Source: Octopus vulgaris
Taxonomy: Eukaryota
Assembly (NCBI GenBank): GCA_951406725.2
Contig: OX597821.1
Location: 12,276,001-12,340,000 of the forward strand
Length of the DNA stretch: 64,000 bases
Direction: 5' to 3'
Shown here: positions 1 through 13,917 of the stretch, piece by piece
Layout: each line of letters opens with the position of its first letter
Numbering within the stretch: the first letter of the stretch is position 1
The notes under the pieces: generated by a model
What the model was told of the DNA's origin: nothing
Seen by the model: only the letters and a program-made list of their open reading frames with translations
Databases searched by the model: none
Made by a program: the position numbers and the translations under genes

Positions 1-235
1 GTATTTTTAATTTTATGCTTGTCCTTGTCCAACATGGTGACATATGTCGGTTTATTTAATCTCCCAGAATTTGGTGGTTTGGAAAAAGACTCGATGGAAA
101 CAGTATTATTTATAAAATAAATCCTGAGGTTTGTTCACTGATCAAACAATGCCTGAAAAAGTAAGGAATAAATGTGTGAAGTGTAATATCGATTGCAATT
201 TTTAGCAAAAAACCAGAAATTTTGGAGGAGGGTGT

Positions 236-390
236 AAGTGGATTACATCAACCCCGCATGCTCAACTAGTACATATTTCATTGACCCCGAAATGTGTGAA
301 AGGCAAAGTTGGCCTCAGTAGCATCAGAACGTAAAATGGACGAAATGCGGCTAACTATTTTTCCCGGCATGCTAATGATTCTTCCAGCTT
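236..390 (-). mobile_element. Degenerate tRNA-derived SINE (family B in this report)
   Basis: Aligns by eye to better copies at 43160-43535 and 48975-49397 (gattacatc..cccc..tgaccccgaa..gaaaggcaaagt..cagaacgta..gacgaaat..gctaa). Confidence 0.7.
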
Positions 391-436
391 AATTTTATAT
401 TTTCGAATAACAAAACTACTACGCCATTATGCCCGT

Positions 437-683
437 GGGCATATGGCGTAGTGGTTAGAAGTGCGGGCTACTAAACCCACGATTCCGAGTTCGATGCCAG
501 GCAGTGACCTTAATAATAATAGTAATAATAACATCAAAAAATACCTTAGGAATGAGAACCTAGGTTCAAAATTTCCCCAAGACACCTGATGAAGGCTGGG
601 AGACGTATCAGACGAAACGTTGTGTTGACAGCAGACAAGATGAGAACAAATATCCGTCAAATATAAATAAAGTAAATAATGTA
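437..683 (+). mobile_element. tRNA-headed short element carrying a minimal hammerhead motif
   Basis: A-box-like TGGCGTAGTGG (444-454), B-box-like GAGTTCGATGCC (487-498), short (TAA)n, HHR motif at 581-626, AT-rich tail. Sits within a small tandem repeat (atattttcgaa..caaaact on both sides). Confidence 0.65.
581..626 (+). ncRNA. Minimal type I hammerhead ribozyme-like motif
   Basis: GACAC-CTGATGA-A-GGCTG-(10 nt)-CAGAC-GAAA-CG-TT-GTGTT. Stem I GACAC/GTGTT, stem II 4/5 pairs, palindromic AACGTT in the stem III position. Confidence 0.6.
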
Positions 684-1323
684 AAAACTCAATCTATTCA
701 ATATTTTCGAACAACAAAACTCAATCAATTCTATATTTTCGAATATCAAAACTCAGTCTGAAAAAGGTTTATCTGAAATTTATTAAAATGTATAAAACAA
801 AAATACATCGCAACATTATCAATATCTTTCTGCATGCATGTTTGAAATCTTCGCAGTTTGGTCATACCTTATTTCTAGGTTAAAAGTTCTATCTTTAAGT
901 TCTAATATTGAGTCTCTCGTGTCACATGCAGATATGTGTGATATTACAAATATTAATATTCAATCTTTTCATCTCGCCATAAATTTTGGAGGCGTAATCA
1001 ATATTAACGGAACAGAAACTGATCATTTTCAATACTTCAGCAAGCCAGTGCATGGAAAATTAATAATCATGTTGGTTTTAAACAATTTCGTGAAATGTGA
1101 CAAATAGTGAAGTCAACCGATGAACTGGAAACGCATGAAAAGACGGTTTTAGTCACTATTATTAATCTGCTGTTACTATGATTAAATAATCCTGCTCAAT
1201 TTACATGCGTAAATCTGTAATCCAACAGAAATGCACACACACACGATTATAAGAACCCATCACATAGAAATAAACACATTTTATGCTATTAGTGATAATT
1301 ATGATAATAAGTTTATTAATCTA

Positions 1324-1723
1324 CTTGCAGAATCGCCCGGCGTTGCTCGGGTTTGTAATGGAAATAACTATATAAGCATTTTTAGAGATGTAAAGTATAA
1401 TAGCCATCTCAATATGGCTAACTACTAAGGGGGGGGGTGTTACTGTAGCTTTTTACGTTCTGAGATTTAAAAATAAATTTTTAGAGAGTTACTTCCCTTA
1501 TATAATAGCAAAAAATGCATTAAAAATAGGAAAAATTGATGGTAATTTTTTTTTAAAATCGTAGACTCATCGTAGACGCGCGCTAATACCCAGAAGGGCT
1601 CGATATGAATCACGACTATAAGATACCCGGTTTTGGTTACACTGCACCGCAAAATGTGGGAGTAGTTAGAAATCTAAATCGTAGGAGACAGACAGCACAC
1701 AACATCTCTTTTATATATAAAGA
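1324..1723 (-). mobile_element. Non-autonomous Helitron
   Basis: On the minus strand it starts TC(TTTATATATAAAA) and has a subterminal hairpin CCCG-AGCAACGC-CGGG. It ends CAAG (variant of CTRR) and lies between host A and T with no TSD. Confidence 0.75.
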
Positions 1724-2151
1724 TATATAAAAATGTATGATAACGAGCGAAAATGAATGGTATTCTGTAATATATCGGAAAAATAATTTCAGAAAGGAAA
1801 TGACTTCATACAAAATTATTTGATATAGGTCATGAACACTGTTTTAATAGGAAGATATTGCTTCTTCAGAATTTCTAAACAGACAAATCTTTAGCTGATA
1901 ATCGATAGTAGGTGTAGAGCCCAATGAAATTAGATGCCAAATCAAATTGAACACCTAATCGAAGTGGATACTGCAGCCATCTGAAAAGACTGCGGGTTTA
2001 ATTAAAAATGCAGCATGTTTGTTTTGTTTTTTCCACTTACCTCTTACCCTTTGCAGGTAGAAAACAGTGTATCCACACACACACAAAATACACGCACAAA
2101 TGCGCACAAAGATATACACACTCACACAAACACACACAGACGTACACACTA

Positions 2152-2205
<54 letters not shown>

Positions 2206-2867
2206 ACAGAGTTAGAAAGAGAGATGTCGTTGCGTGTGAAACGCATCTTAATTTAAGTTTATGGGCTTTAGGTACGCTTGAAACATAAATATATGCCTCA
2301 AAGGATATATATGTCGATAATTTATTTCAGCTTGCAATCTCAGATAGATAAGGAATTAAACCGCTTTGAGCAATTCAGTTCCTGTCCGTTACATTAAAGT
2401 AGTTGCATTTTTAAACAGTTCCCTTAATTGAGGAATTAATGCTAAATTCCTGATGAGGGGCTGCTTAAGTTAGAAAGTTGTTATACAGTCGGGTAGGAAT
2501 AGAAACTGTATAATTTGATGTATATTGTTTGATGTATATGGTTCAGATGAGAAATAGAATCAGCTTTTTCAGCTGTAGTACTCTACTTTGATGGAATGCG
2601 ATAACCGAGAAGGCTTTTGGATATTGAAGTCACCGACGTAGGTTACAGAGACGAGGGTAATCAAAGTGTAATATTCTAATTGACAGGAAATATGGGAACA
2701 TTGCTTGAGTATAACTCAAAGGCTCGAAGATATCGCAGCGCAGGACTATAATGTGGAGATTAGAATATATATGCAGTGAAGTTTAAGTTGTAGTACATAA
2801 AGCGCACACATATACACATACTTATGTGGGCATATTTATAGATATGCATAAAGATAGACGATATATT

Positions 2868-3020
2868 AATAATGATAATAATAATAATAATAATAATAAT
2901 AATTATGAAGATGATGATGATGATGATGATCATCATCATCATCATGATGATGATGATAATGATTATAATAATAATAGCATTATTATTATTATAGTTCATT
3001 ATTATTATAATTTATTATTG
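2868..3020. repeat. Compound (TAA)n/(GAT)n/(CAT)n/(TTA)n microsatellite
   Basis: Direct reading. Confidence 0.9.
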
Positions 3021-3076
3021 TAATTATAAAATATACATATACACACATATATATATATATATATACATTATGCATG

Positions 3077-3269
3077 TATGGGTACAGGACGTCACCAACA
3101 TTAAACATCATGAAATACCAAAACAAATGAGTTAAATACGCAAACAACGAGAGAAGAATGTAAAACTAGACAAGTAACACAAAGAACGACAAATCTCGTT
3201 GTTTGCCTATTTAACTTATTTGTTTTCGTACTTCATGTTGTTTACAGTTGGTGACGTCCTGTACCCATA
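3077..3269. repeat. Foldback inverted repeat of a dispersed repeat (arms 3077-3152 and 3194-3269)
   Basis: tatgggtacaggacgtcaccaac...caaacaacgaga recurs as its reverse complement after a 41-bp spacer. A related copy lies at ~41140-41300. (TA)n flanks both outer ends. Confidence 0.85.
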
Positions 3270-3312
3270 TATGTATATATGGACATATATAAATATGCAT
3301 ATATATTATATA

Positions 3313-3359
<47 letters not shown>

Positions 3360-3721
3360 CAACGTTAACTATATTATTTAGTTGAACGCCATGCATCCAT
3401 TTCCAAGTAAGTATATGTATATATATCAGCGGTGTATTCACTATTTTACATCAAGCCATCAATAACTGGTGTACATATACATATACACGCATACACATAC
3501 ATACATATTACACAACACTACCCCACTGAATATGGCCAATAATTTTCAAAAACGCCGCTGGGTTGAAAATGAAATTACTGCAATGATTAACGCTTGGTTC
3601 ATCCATCACAACGAAGCTAATAACAGAGGATGTAACGAAAAAATCCTTTCACAGATCTGTAAAACAGATAGAAAGTAAAATAAAAGAAATTGTTAGGATA
3701 TTTCCTATTTTTCACGCGCAC

Positions 3722-4670
3722 ATGGCTACACTAAAAGCCATTCTTGCCAACGAATCCAGTACACCAAATTACCAAATTCCAACAGGTCAGGGGTCACTTC
3801 AACAGCAACAATCAACTGACCTACTTCCATTGACAACAGCACCTGATGAACCAAGTCAAGTTTCACCTTTGCTACAGCAACAAAAACAACAACAACAACA
3901 ACACTCTAATACTACCACTAGTCAAGTTCCAATGCTGCTACAACAAAAACAACTCTCCACTACTACTGCTACCGCCACAATAGGAAAATCACTACTACAT
4001 CCACGTAAAACTATCTGCCATTACTACTCTCAAGGCAGCTGCAGATTTGACCACATCCTGGCAAGCCAGAACCCACCATCACAAAATCAACAAACTGCTT
4101 CTAACACTACTGCTATTACTGCCAGAATAGAAAAACCACTACTACAACCAAATAAAAACCCCTGCCGTTACTATTCTAAAGGCAATTGTAGATTTGGCCC
4201 CAGCGGCACAAACAACAATGGACGCTGTGCTTTTTCCCATCAGACCTTATGTCGTAGACTTGTTATGGGCACCTGTCCATACGGGATAACAGGAAAAAAT
4301 TGCCCCCACCTCCACCCCAAATACTGTCCTAAATACAGAATCTATGGTTCTGATCCTAAATACGGATGCATAAAAGGCAATGGATGCACCTTATTCCATC
4401 CTAAACTGTGCCAAACGTCTGTCTTCACAAAGGATGTGCCTGAACCCAGAATGCAACCACCACCATCTGAAGGGCACAAAACGATCACAGAATAAATATA
4501 AACAGGAACAGAGGAAATCTAGGACAACAACAAGAACAAAATACAACCACGTTTCCCCTCCTACAATCAAACAACGTAGACAGAACCATGAAAAAACACC
4601 AAATAACGCCAACATGAAATATGTATCCTCTGACCAAGTGGCAAACCAAACAAGTAACTCTTTTTACTGA
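3722..4670 (+). pseudogene. LINE ORF1 with Q/T-rich N-terminus and tandem CCCH-type zinc fingers; frameshift near 4430
   Basis: CRYYSKGNC..C..H, CRRLVMGTC..C..H and CPKY..C..C..H. A further finger spans the frameshift (CQTSV / RMCLNPECNHHH in ORF 4380-4670). Confidence 0.75.
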
Positions 4671-5775
4671 CATACCTAGAAAATATGAAGGCCGACCTAA
4701 GCCAGGAGATCCAGCGAGCTATCACCAACCATCTATGCAAATCACAAGGACCACTCACCCATTACCAACTTCCCTTACCTCGACATTCCTGTTAAATGTA
4801 CGTGGCATCAACCCATCAATTATTGCCCAAAAATGGAAGATCCCATATATAGAGAGTTGGCTTGCCGAAATGGCACGTTGCTTCCCTTTCTTTATCCTTA
4901 CCGAGACTCACCTGAACAACAACCATATGGACGCAGAGGCGAAAATAAAAGATTTCACCATTGTTCGTGCGGATCGCACAGGCCGAAATAAGGGAGGGAC
5001 AGCCATCTTTATCCATGACTCCTTTTCACTTGATGCCAAGGACATATTTTCCAATGGCTACTGTGAATCGGTATCACTATACAACAAAGCCAAGGACATA
5101 ACCATTGTTGGCTTTTACAGGCCTCCCCAGGCACCTCTAAAGTACTTTGAAGAGTGCCTTAGCAAAGTCAAGTCCTTCCTTCGGAAGTACCACTTCGGAA
5201 ACATACTAGTGATGGGTGATTTTAACCTCCCTCATGTGAACTGGCCCACAAATACTCTGAAGTTAGGCAAGTGTTCTACATCAGATAGAGCAGCAGCAGA
5301 ACTGCTCTTTAATCTGATGGATGAGGATTTCCTGACTCAGCTAGTGCTTGAACCAACGAGACGGAATAAAACGATCTTGGATCTGGTATTGACCAATCAC
5401 TCTAGCTACGTTCACAGTATTTCAGTCGAAAAAACTCTCCTCTCAGACCACGACATGGTACTCTGCAATCTTAATTCCCGACATATAAAAACCAAACCAG
5501 CCAATCCCACTCCATGGCAACCATTTGGCAACATAAACTTCCACAAAGCGAACTGGGGAACAATCAGAAAGGATCTGTCTTCCATCGTATGGTCTTTTAC
5601 TCTCAATTCCTCTCATATTGAGACCGCGTGGCAGCACTTTGAAAACATTGTCACCTATACATGCTCTAAACACGCTCCCAAGAAATCTACTAACACAAAC
5701 AGAAACCGGCTCCCTAAAAAGAAAAAACACTCATCAGGCGCATCAAAAGACTCAACAAAAAAATCAACCAATTAA
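4621..5775 (+). pseudogene. LINE ORF2 apurinic-like endonuclease (APE/EEP) domain
   Basis: Motifs LNVRG, LTETHL, GGTAIFI, YRPP, GDFNLP, PTR..LDLVL, SDH. The frame is lost near 5720. Confidence 0.9.
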
Positions 5776-5940
5776 AATATTCCCCCACACAATATCCACA
5801 TTCAACAACAATGAAAAGACTAGAGCTGGAAAAACTTCATCTGCAGACCAACATGGAAACCTCCATTGAAAATCAAAGAGCTGTGGAGGAACAACGGGTA
5901 ATCAAAAACATCAAACAGAACCCAAAAGTGTTCTATTCTT

Positions 5941-7733
5941 ATGCAAATAAGCATAGAACCACTGTCTCACCCATTGGTTGATAACGGCATTCCCCAACAC
6001 GATGCTAATGAAATGGCAGAAATACTGCAGAAACAATACTGCTCTGTCTTTAGTGTTCACAATGATATTGAGGTAAGGGAAACGAACGAAGTTGACTCCC
6101 AACACAAAATCTCAGACATAACCTTCACTGCCACTGACATCGTAGCAGCAATAAATGAGGTCAAACATTACTCTGCTGTAGGCCCTGATAGATTTCCCGC
6201 TAGTCTCCTGAAGGAATGTAGATACCAATGTGCAGTCCCTCTGACCAACCTCTGGAGAGATTCGTTAGACGCAGGATATATAGCGAACCAGTTTCTATCC
6301 CAGTCGGTCTTCCCGGTTTTCAAACAGGGAAACAGATCCCTCGCAGTCAACTATCGCCCAATCTCACTCACCTCCCACATCATTAAAGTGTTTGAAAGAG
6401 TGTTAAGATCAAGGATAGCTGACTTCCTGGAGACCCACAAACTCCTAAATGCAAATCAGCATGGCTTTCGCTGTGGCTGGGACTGTCTAACACAGCTCTT
6501 ACACCACATTGAAGATGTACTCAAAGCCTTGGGAACAGGTTCGAACTCTGACGTCATATATCTTGACTTCAGTAAAGCGTTCGACAGGGTAGACCATAAC
6601 ATCCTACTCTCAAAATTAGCAAATGTTGGAATCCGTGGAAAAGTTCTACACTGGATTAAGTATTTCCTGGCGAATAGAACACAACATGTTGTAGTTGATG
6701 GAGTCCACTCAAACACAGCAAAAGTCACCAGCGGTGTTCCCCAGGGAACTGTTTTGGGTCCGCTACTCTTCATAATTTACGTAAACGACCTTTTCAGTGT
6801 CGTACATTACTGCAAAGTGAAAATATTTGCTGATGACACTAAGCTCCAGCAAATCGTCAATGAAGAAGCAGACCGAACTCAACTCCAGTCTGATCTATAT
6901 GCTGTGAGTCAATGGGCAGACAGAAACAAAATGCAACTGAATGAGGGAAAATTTGAGCTGATGCATTTTGGAAGAAATTCCTCACTAAAACAACCATACT
7001 CTCTTCCTTCAGGGGAACCGCTCACAGCCTCTAACAATATCAGAGACCTGGGTGTAATTGTTGATGACAATCTCAGTTGGAGTGCACACATCAACAAGAA
7101 GGTCGATATAGCTCGTAGGATGAGTTCCTGGATCTTAAGAACTTTCCGGTCCAGAGAACAAGGTGTCATCATACCACTTTTTTTCCCTCCTTTGTACGGC
7201 CACACCTTGAATACTACTGTCCACTGTTGTCTCCTCACACAAGACAAAACATCTCCAGAATTTAGTCACCCCAGAGGGCACTCACTAAACAAATTGAAGG
7301 CATGGCTGCTCTCGATTATTGGGATCGCCTTAAAGCCTTGAAACTTTACTCCCTCCAGCGTCGCCGTGAGCGGTACATCATTTGTCCGATGTGGAAAATA
7401 TACCGCCAACTTTGCCCAAACGACCTAAACATTAGCTTCAAGGTTCATCCAAGACTTGGACCAACGGCTATACGACCTCCGCCCAATTCAAGATCACAAC
7501 ATACATGTACACTGCAACATAATTTCTTTTCCTCAACAGGCCCTGCCCTATTTAACATTGTTCCGAGGGAGATCAAAGAGGAAAAGGATCCCATCAACTT
7601 TAAACAGAGTCTGGATAGATTCCTACAAAGAATACCAGATAAGCCACCCATAATTGGATACAACTCACCCAACAAGAACTCACTACTTGAACAAAACTGG
7701 ATACAACTCACACAACAAGAACTCACTACTTGA
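5941..7733 (+). pseudogene. LINE ORF2 reverse transcriptase and C-terminus; frameshift at the T-run near 7180
   Basis: YRPISLTS, QHGFR, YLDFSKAFDRV, GVPQGTVLGPLLF, FADD, RDLGV. The C-terminal YWDRLKALKLYSLQRRRER is typical of CR1/L2-group LINEs. Confidence 0.92.
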
Positions 7734-7854
7734 CCAAAACTTAACTCAAACAAAACTTGACTTAAACAGGATTCGAATAAACCTATCAGGTGGTGCTATT
7801 AAGTTAGACATGGCCTGGACCAATTTTTGGTCGAAACATATCTAAGTTTATCTA

Positions 7855-8237
<383 letters not shown>

Positions 8238-9499
8238 TAAGATGTAAGAAGGAAAATACAGAGCTCCGAAATCTATCCACAAACATCGAAAACAAGGACA
8301 TCCTATGGAGCCAAAGATTTATTAACAAAGGATTGGACTGTATCCGAGTAAGTAATACTAATTGAAATTTATTACTATTTTCGAAACGAAATGATGTATT
8401 TTGACTCGATATCATCTCCACCTCTAACACAACACATGTAAACATGCGTGGAACATCACGATCATCCCCGACCCCAAACACCATGTACAAAGGAACTACG
8501 AAGAAATTAAATGCCACCGATATTATTCAACCCAAGAATAACAATCGAGCGGTACGTACATTAAACTTACAACAAAAAATGTACGAAAAACTACACGTGC
8601 GAAATAATGTGACAACAGAAATGAACGGACCGGTACCCTACGAAAATAACGACCGTCAAAATAATGGGCCGGACGTTGTACCTCATGTCCCGCAAATAAA
8701 ACCCAAACGACGTAAATGGAACGTGAGGAATATATTTCTATCTTACACGCATATTTCACAGCAATGCTCTACCCAAAAAATGAAAACACAACAACACATA
8801 CATATAAAATATGGAAGGAAAATAACATAAATATAAACTTGGATACAGCAATGAACCCTAATAAATTAGCTAACGTACGAAGATACATTCTCAAACAAAA
8901 AAAATATCAGAAATAGAAATAGAACATCTAAAAGAAAAATACACCAGGAAAATGTAGATAGAAGCCACACAACAATGCCCAATAATATGAACACTGAAAC
9001 TGTAAAACACGAAGACAAACGCAACATTCCCAATAAACACGACGTAAACAATAAAGGGGAGCCTAATGATTATGATAATATAAAAAATAAAATAATCAAA
9101 GAACTGAAAACCACAGAGCTCAAAATGGACCACCAACCAAACCTCCCAAGAATCAAAATAGACGAAACAACAACATCAATTATAAACAGCATAAACCTAA
9201 CCGTCACGGAACTGAAACAAAAAGCGATATCACTGAGCTAAATGACTTAATATACGCAGCAGCCACTGCAGCCATAAAAGAAGCTGGATACTCACCCAAA
9301 CCCGTCCAAACAGGAGTACCACCACCCAAACAAACCCTGTGGATAAATAACATAAAAAAAAAAATACCTTGATATCCTTGCCAAAGCACAAAGGATCCGC
9401 CGGTACGAGAAACGCCAACGCTCCTTTGAACAAAACAAAAAGTTCAACTCCAACCCCAAAAAGTTCTACCAAGAACTTGGCAAAAATAAAATAGAAGAA

Positions 9500-10672
9500 T
9501 TGGAAGAATTCTGGAGAGAAATATGGTCGGCGAACGAACAACCAAAAAGAAGGAGTATCAAAATAACAAACTCGGCATCTGAACAACTTTGGATCTCCAT
9601 AACAACTGAAGAGGTCACCCAGGCACTGCAAAGACTAAGCAACTGGAAGGCACCTGGGCATGACAAGATCCCCAACTTCTGGTTGAAATATCTAACAGGA
9701 ATGCACAAAAAGCTGGCTGAAAACTTTAACAACATACTAGCAGAGCAAGAGACAATGCCTGAATGGCTCACGAAGGGGAAAACCATCTTAATTCCCAAAT
9801 CAAATGAGACAGCAAAACCAGAAAACTACCTCCCTACAATGTTCAAGGCATTTACTGCAGGGATATCGCAAAGGTTGAACAAGCACCTGGACGAAAACAA
9901 ACTGTTCCCAGAAGAACAGAAAGGATGCCGCAAAGGCTCATATGGCTGTAAAGATCAACTAATGATTAATAAAGCCATAACTGAAGACAACCACAGAAAG
10001 AAGAAAGGCCTCAGTATGGCCTGGATTGACTACAAAAAGGCGTTTGATAGCATCCCCCACACACGGATCATCGAAACACTAGCCATTAACAAAGTAGCAC
10101 CAACAATCATAACATTCATAGAGCACTCTATGAATAAATGGCAAACAGTCCTACACCTCCAAACAAAAGAGGGACTCATGAAAACCAAAGACATCCCCAT
10201 TAGAAGAGGAATATTCCAGGGAGATACGCTCTCTCCACTCCTTTTCTGCTTGGCACTGTCACCTCTATCTGATATACTAAATAGAACTGGATGCGGATAT
10301 AAATGTTACGGCAAAACGATCAGCCACCTTTTATATATGGATGACCAAAAACTATACGCTGCAAATGACAAACAGCTGGAAACACTATTAAAGACAGTTC
10401 ATGGATTTACCAAAGAAATAGATATGAAATTTGCATTAGAAAAATGCGCCAAAGTAACCATAAAAAGAGGAAAACTAGTTAAGAGTAGCAACATCACACT
10501 AGATAAAACCAATGAAATAAAAGAATTAGACCAAAGCCAAACTTACAAATACTTAGGAATCCATGAACTAGATAAGACACAACTCACACAAATGAAAGAG
10601 AAAATAAAAAAAGAATATTATAGACGAGTTAGATCAATACTAAAACAGAGCTCAATGCTAAAGACAAGATAA
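9500..10672 (+). pseudogene. R4/Dong reverse transcriptase fragment
   Basis: WKAPGHDKIPNFWLK, EEQKGC, AWIDYKKAFDSIPH, RGIFQGDTLSPLLF, HLLYMDD, YKYLG. Confidence 0.9.
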
Positions 10673-11031
10673 TAGGTATTAACACTTTAGCTGTCCCAGT
10701 TATAAGTTACAGCTACAATATCCTTAACTGGACACGAAATGTACTGACCAAAATAGATAGGAAATCAAGAAAAATAATGACAGGATCTAGGATGCATCAC
10801 CCAAAATCTGACATAGAAAGACTATATATACAACGTATAGAAGGTGGTAGAGGTCTTATACAGCTGGAAAACTACTATAAAATGACCACCATAGGACTGC
10901 AAAAATATCTACTTCAGAAGGAAGGAAAACTGATACAAATAGCGGCAAAACACGAGCAAAACAAAAGACTGTTCTCAGTATTTAAGGAAGCTGACAAATA
11001 CAAACAAGAAATCATACCACCTAATAAATAT

Positions 11032-11032
<1 letters not shown>

Positions 11033-11062
<30 letters not shown>

Positions 11063-11121
11063 AAGAAGAAGAAGAAGAAGAAGAAGAAGAAGAAGAAGAA
11101 GAAGAAGAAGAAGAAGAAGAA
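11033..11121. repeat. (GAA)n tract inside the Dong-like coding region
   Basis: Direct reading. Confidence 0.95.
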
Positions 11122-11258
11122 ACAACAAAAGCTATAAAACAAATGAAATCCAAGCTAAAAATAGAACAGCAACGAACCATGATAAAACGATGGCAAGAAA
11201 AGGCCCTTCATTTTAAATAAACGCAAAAGAAATAGACAAAGAAAAATCCCAGCAATGG

Positions 11259-11945
11259 TTGAGAAGCTCAGGTCTCAAAGCAGAAACAGAGGGATTTTTA
11301 ATTGCAGCACAATACCAAAATCTCCCCACCAGAAATTACCAAAAACATTTAATGAAAAGAAATATTACAAGTAACTGCAGAATATGTGGAGATGGACAAG
11401 AAACAATAAATCATATTATCTCTAGCTGCCCAGTCCTGGCTAAGAAGGAATATATTCACAAACATGACAGAGTTGGAACCTACATACATTGGAAGCTATG
11501 CCAACTTTATGGAATAACAACAGAAAAAAGATGGTATAGGCACACACCAGAAAAGGTCACCGAAAACGAGAAAGCAACCATACTCTGGGATATGCCGATA
11601 CACACAGATAGAGAAATTAAAGCCAACAGACCAGATATAGTTGTCAGAGATCATGAAGAAAAAATATGCTTTATAATTGATGTATCAATACCGGCAGATG
11701 ACAACGTGTCTCTAAAAGAAATGGAGAAACTCTCAAAATACAAAGACCTGGAAATAGAGGTAACCAGAATGTGGAATCTGAAAACAGAAACAATCCCTAT
11801 CATAATAGGTGCATTAGGCATGATAAAAAAATATTCATACAAATACATAACAAAAACACCAGGACTTACAAGCACATATAACATACAGAAAATTGCACTA
11901 CTAGGCACTGCACACATCCTACGCAGAACACTTTCCATACGATAA
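11259..11945 (+). pseudogene. R4/Dong zinc knuckle plus restriction-like endonuclease
   Basis: CRICGDGQETINHIISSC (CCHC), KHDRV (RHD-like), RPDIV..IIDVSIP..KLSKY. Confidence 0.9.
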
Positions 11946-12039
11946 CCATCAGAGCATCACAACAAATCACAGCACAAGCCCAAGGCACACAGAGCTGCGC
12001 TCGGTAGTGAAGTGAAAGCACGCTATAAAAATAAAACTA

Positions 12040-12109
<70 letters not shown>

Positions 12110-12138
12110 TTAGGGAGAATAACTCCAAACTTATATCT

Positions 12139-12181
<43 letters not shown>

Positions 12182-12456
12182 GAGAGCTTTCGTGAAGGTT
12201 CTTGTGCTTATGGGTATAGCGAGAGGCCAGTCTGGAGCCTGAATCTTTCAAGTTCTTTTACTGAGCGTAGTAAAACTGAAGGTATGTTGCAATCAGTGTC
12301 TGAATATGATGAAGTGGGAGAATATATTGAATAATATCATAATTAACTGATTCCCCTGTTTTATCTTTCATCCACAAACAGGAACTTTTCATCACAGCCT
12401 TGTACATACATATGTAACTCTATATACATGTCTGTAGCTACTCAAGATTATATGTT

Positions 12457-13112
<656 letters not shown>

Positions 13113-13439
13113 TCGTTAATTAGAGTTGTAAAATAAATTCCGGTTTCCATGCAAACGAAAGATCTCTGTACATATGTATGCAGAATATACTTAATTAATA
13201 ATTGTAAAGCCATTTCACAGCATCGGTAAGTTTTGATAGGTATGAAAATTAATTATGCACTGCACCAAATTGAGTGGGGAAAGGTGTTAAATGAAGACAT
13301 TTAAGACGACTAATAAGAAATTATAAGCAGCCAAATTGTAAATTGACAGACCAGAGGAAAAGCCAGCTCTTGAAATTAAAGTGCAAATGGTTGAGGACAC
13401 GACGAATCAGCGTTAACGTAGTTCTCAAGAAGATTCAGT

Positions 13440-13625
13440 TTGACACTGGATATCCCATGGCTGGATCTCTGAAATACAGGTACTACTCGTTTTTGCCTGC
13501 TGAGTGAACTGGAGCAACGGGAAAGAAAATGTCTGTCTCAAGGACCCAAATCGTCGCCGGTAATTGAACTCCTGATCGTAAGATCGTGAGTCGACTACCC
13601 TAACAACTTAGCCATGTGCCTTCTT
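13440..13625 (-). mobile_element. tRNA-derived SINE (family C), degenerate
   Basis: Reverse complement has a TGGCTAAGTTGTTAGGG..GAGTTCAATT head and the ttgagacagacatttt..ttgctccagttcactcag body shared with 17550-17800 and 20737-21008. Confidence 0.65.
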
Positions 13626-13701
13626 GGCGTAATTGTAGCCCCATGGAAAATGATAAATCAAAACCTAAATCGCTTTCTAGTAAAACATTATTTGTTAGAA
13701 A

Positions 13702-13917
13702 AGCAGCGAGATGGCAGAACTATCCTTCACCAGGAAAGAATGCTTAGTAGCATTTCTTCCGACTTTACGTTTTGAGTTCAAATGTAGACGGAGTTGACTT
13801 GTTTTTTTTTTATTCTTTCAGGGGACGGTAAAATATGCAACGGTTGTACACTGGAGTTGATGTAATCAACTTAACATCGTCCCCGAAATTGCTGGCCTTG
13901 TACAAAAATTTGAAATC
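13702..13917 (+). mobile_element. tRNA-derived SINE (family B), degenerate
   Basis: gcgagatggcagaa..tgagttcaaat..ggtaaaata..ctggagttgatgtaatc matches 43746-43955. Confidence 0.65.

Larger units (their letters stand above)
8238..12042 (+). mobile_element. R4-clade (Dong-like) RLE non-LTR retrotransposon, decayed, inserted in (TAA)n
   Basis: RT motifs, CCHC knuckle and PD-(D/E)xK endonuclease in order. (TAA)n lies immediately on both sides (to 8237 and 12043-12108). Confidence 0.88.

Noticed and set aside
437-509. tRNA gene
   Set aside because: Acceptor and anticodon stems pair poorly and there is no terminator T-run. It is treated as a SINE-type head, as are the other tRNA-like heads.
2444-2518. 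Hammerhead candidate CTGATGAGGGG...GAAACTGTA
   Set aside because: No stem II pairing and stem I is broken at the closing pair; at best a decayed relic.
8238-8450. HDV-like ribozyme at the 5' end of the R4-clade element
   Set aside because: Expected from some R2/R4 elements, but I could not fit the nested double pseudoknot by eye.
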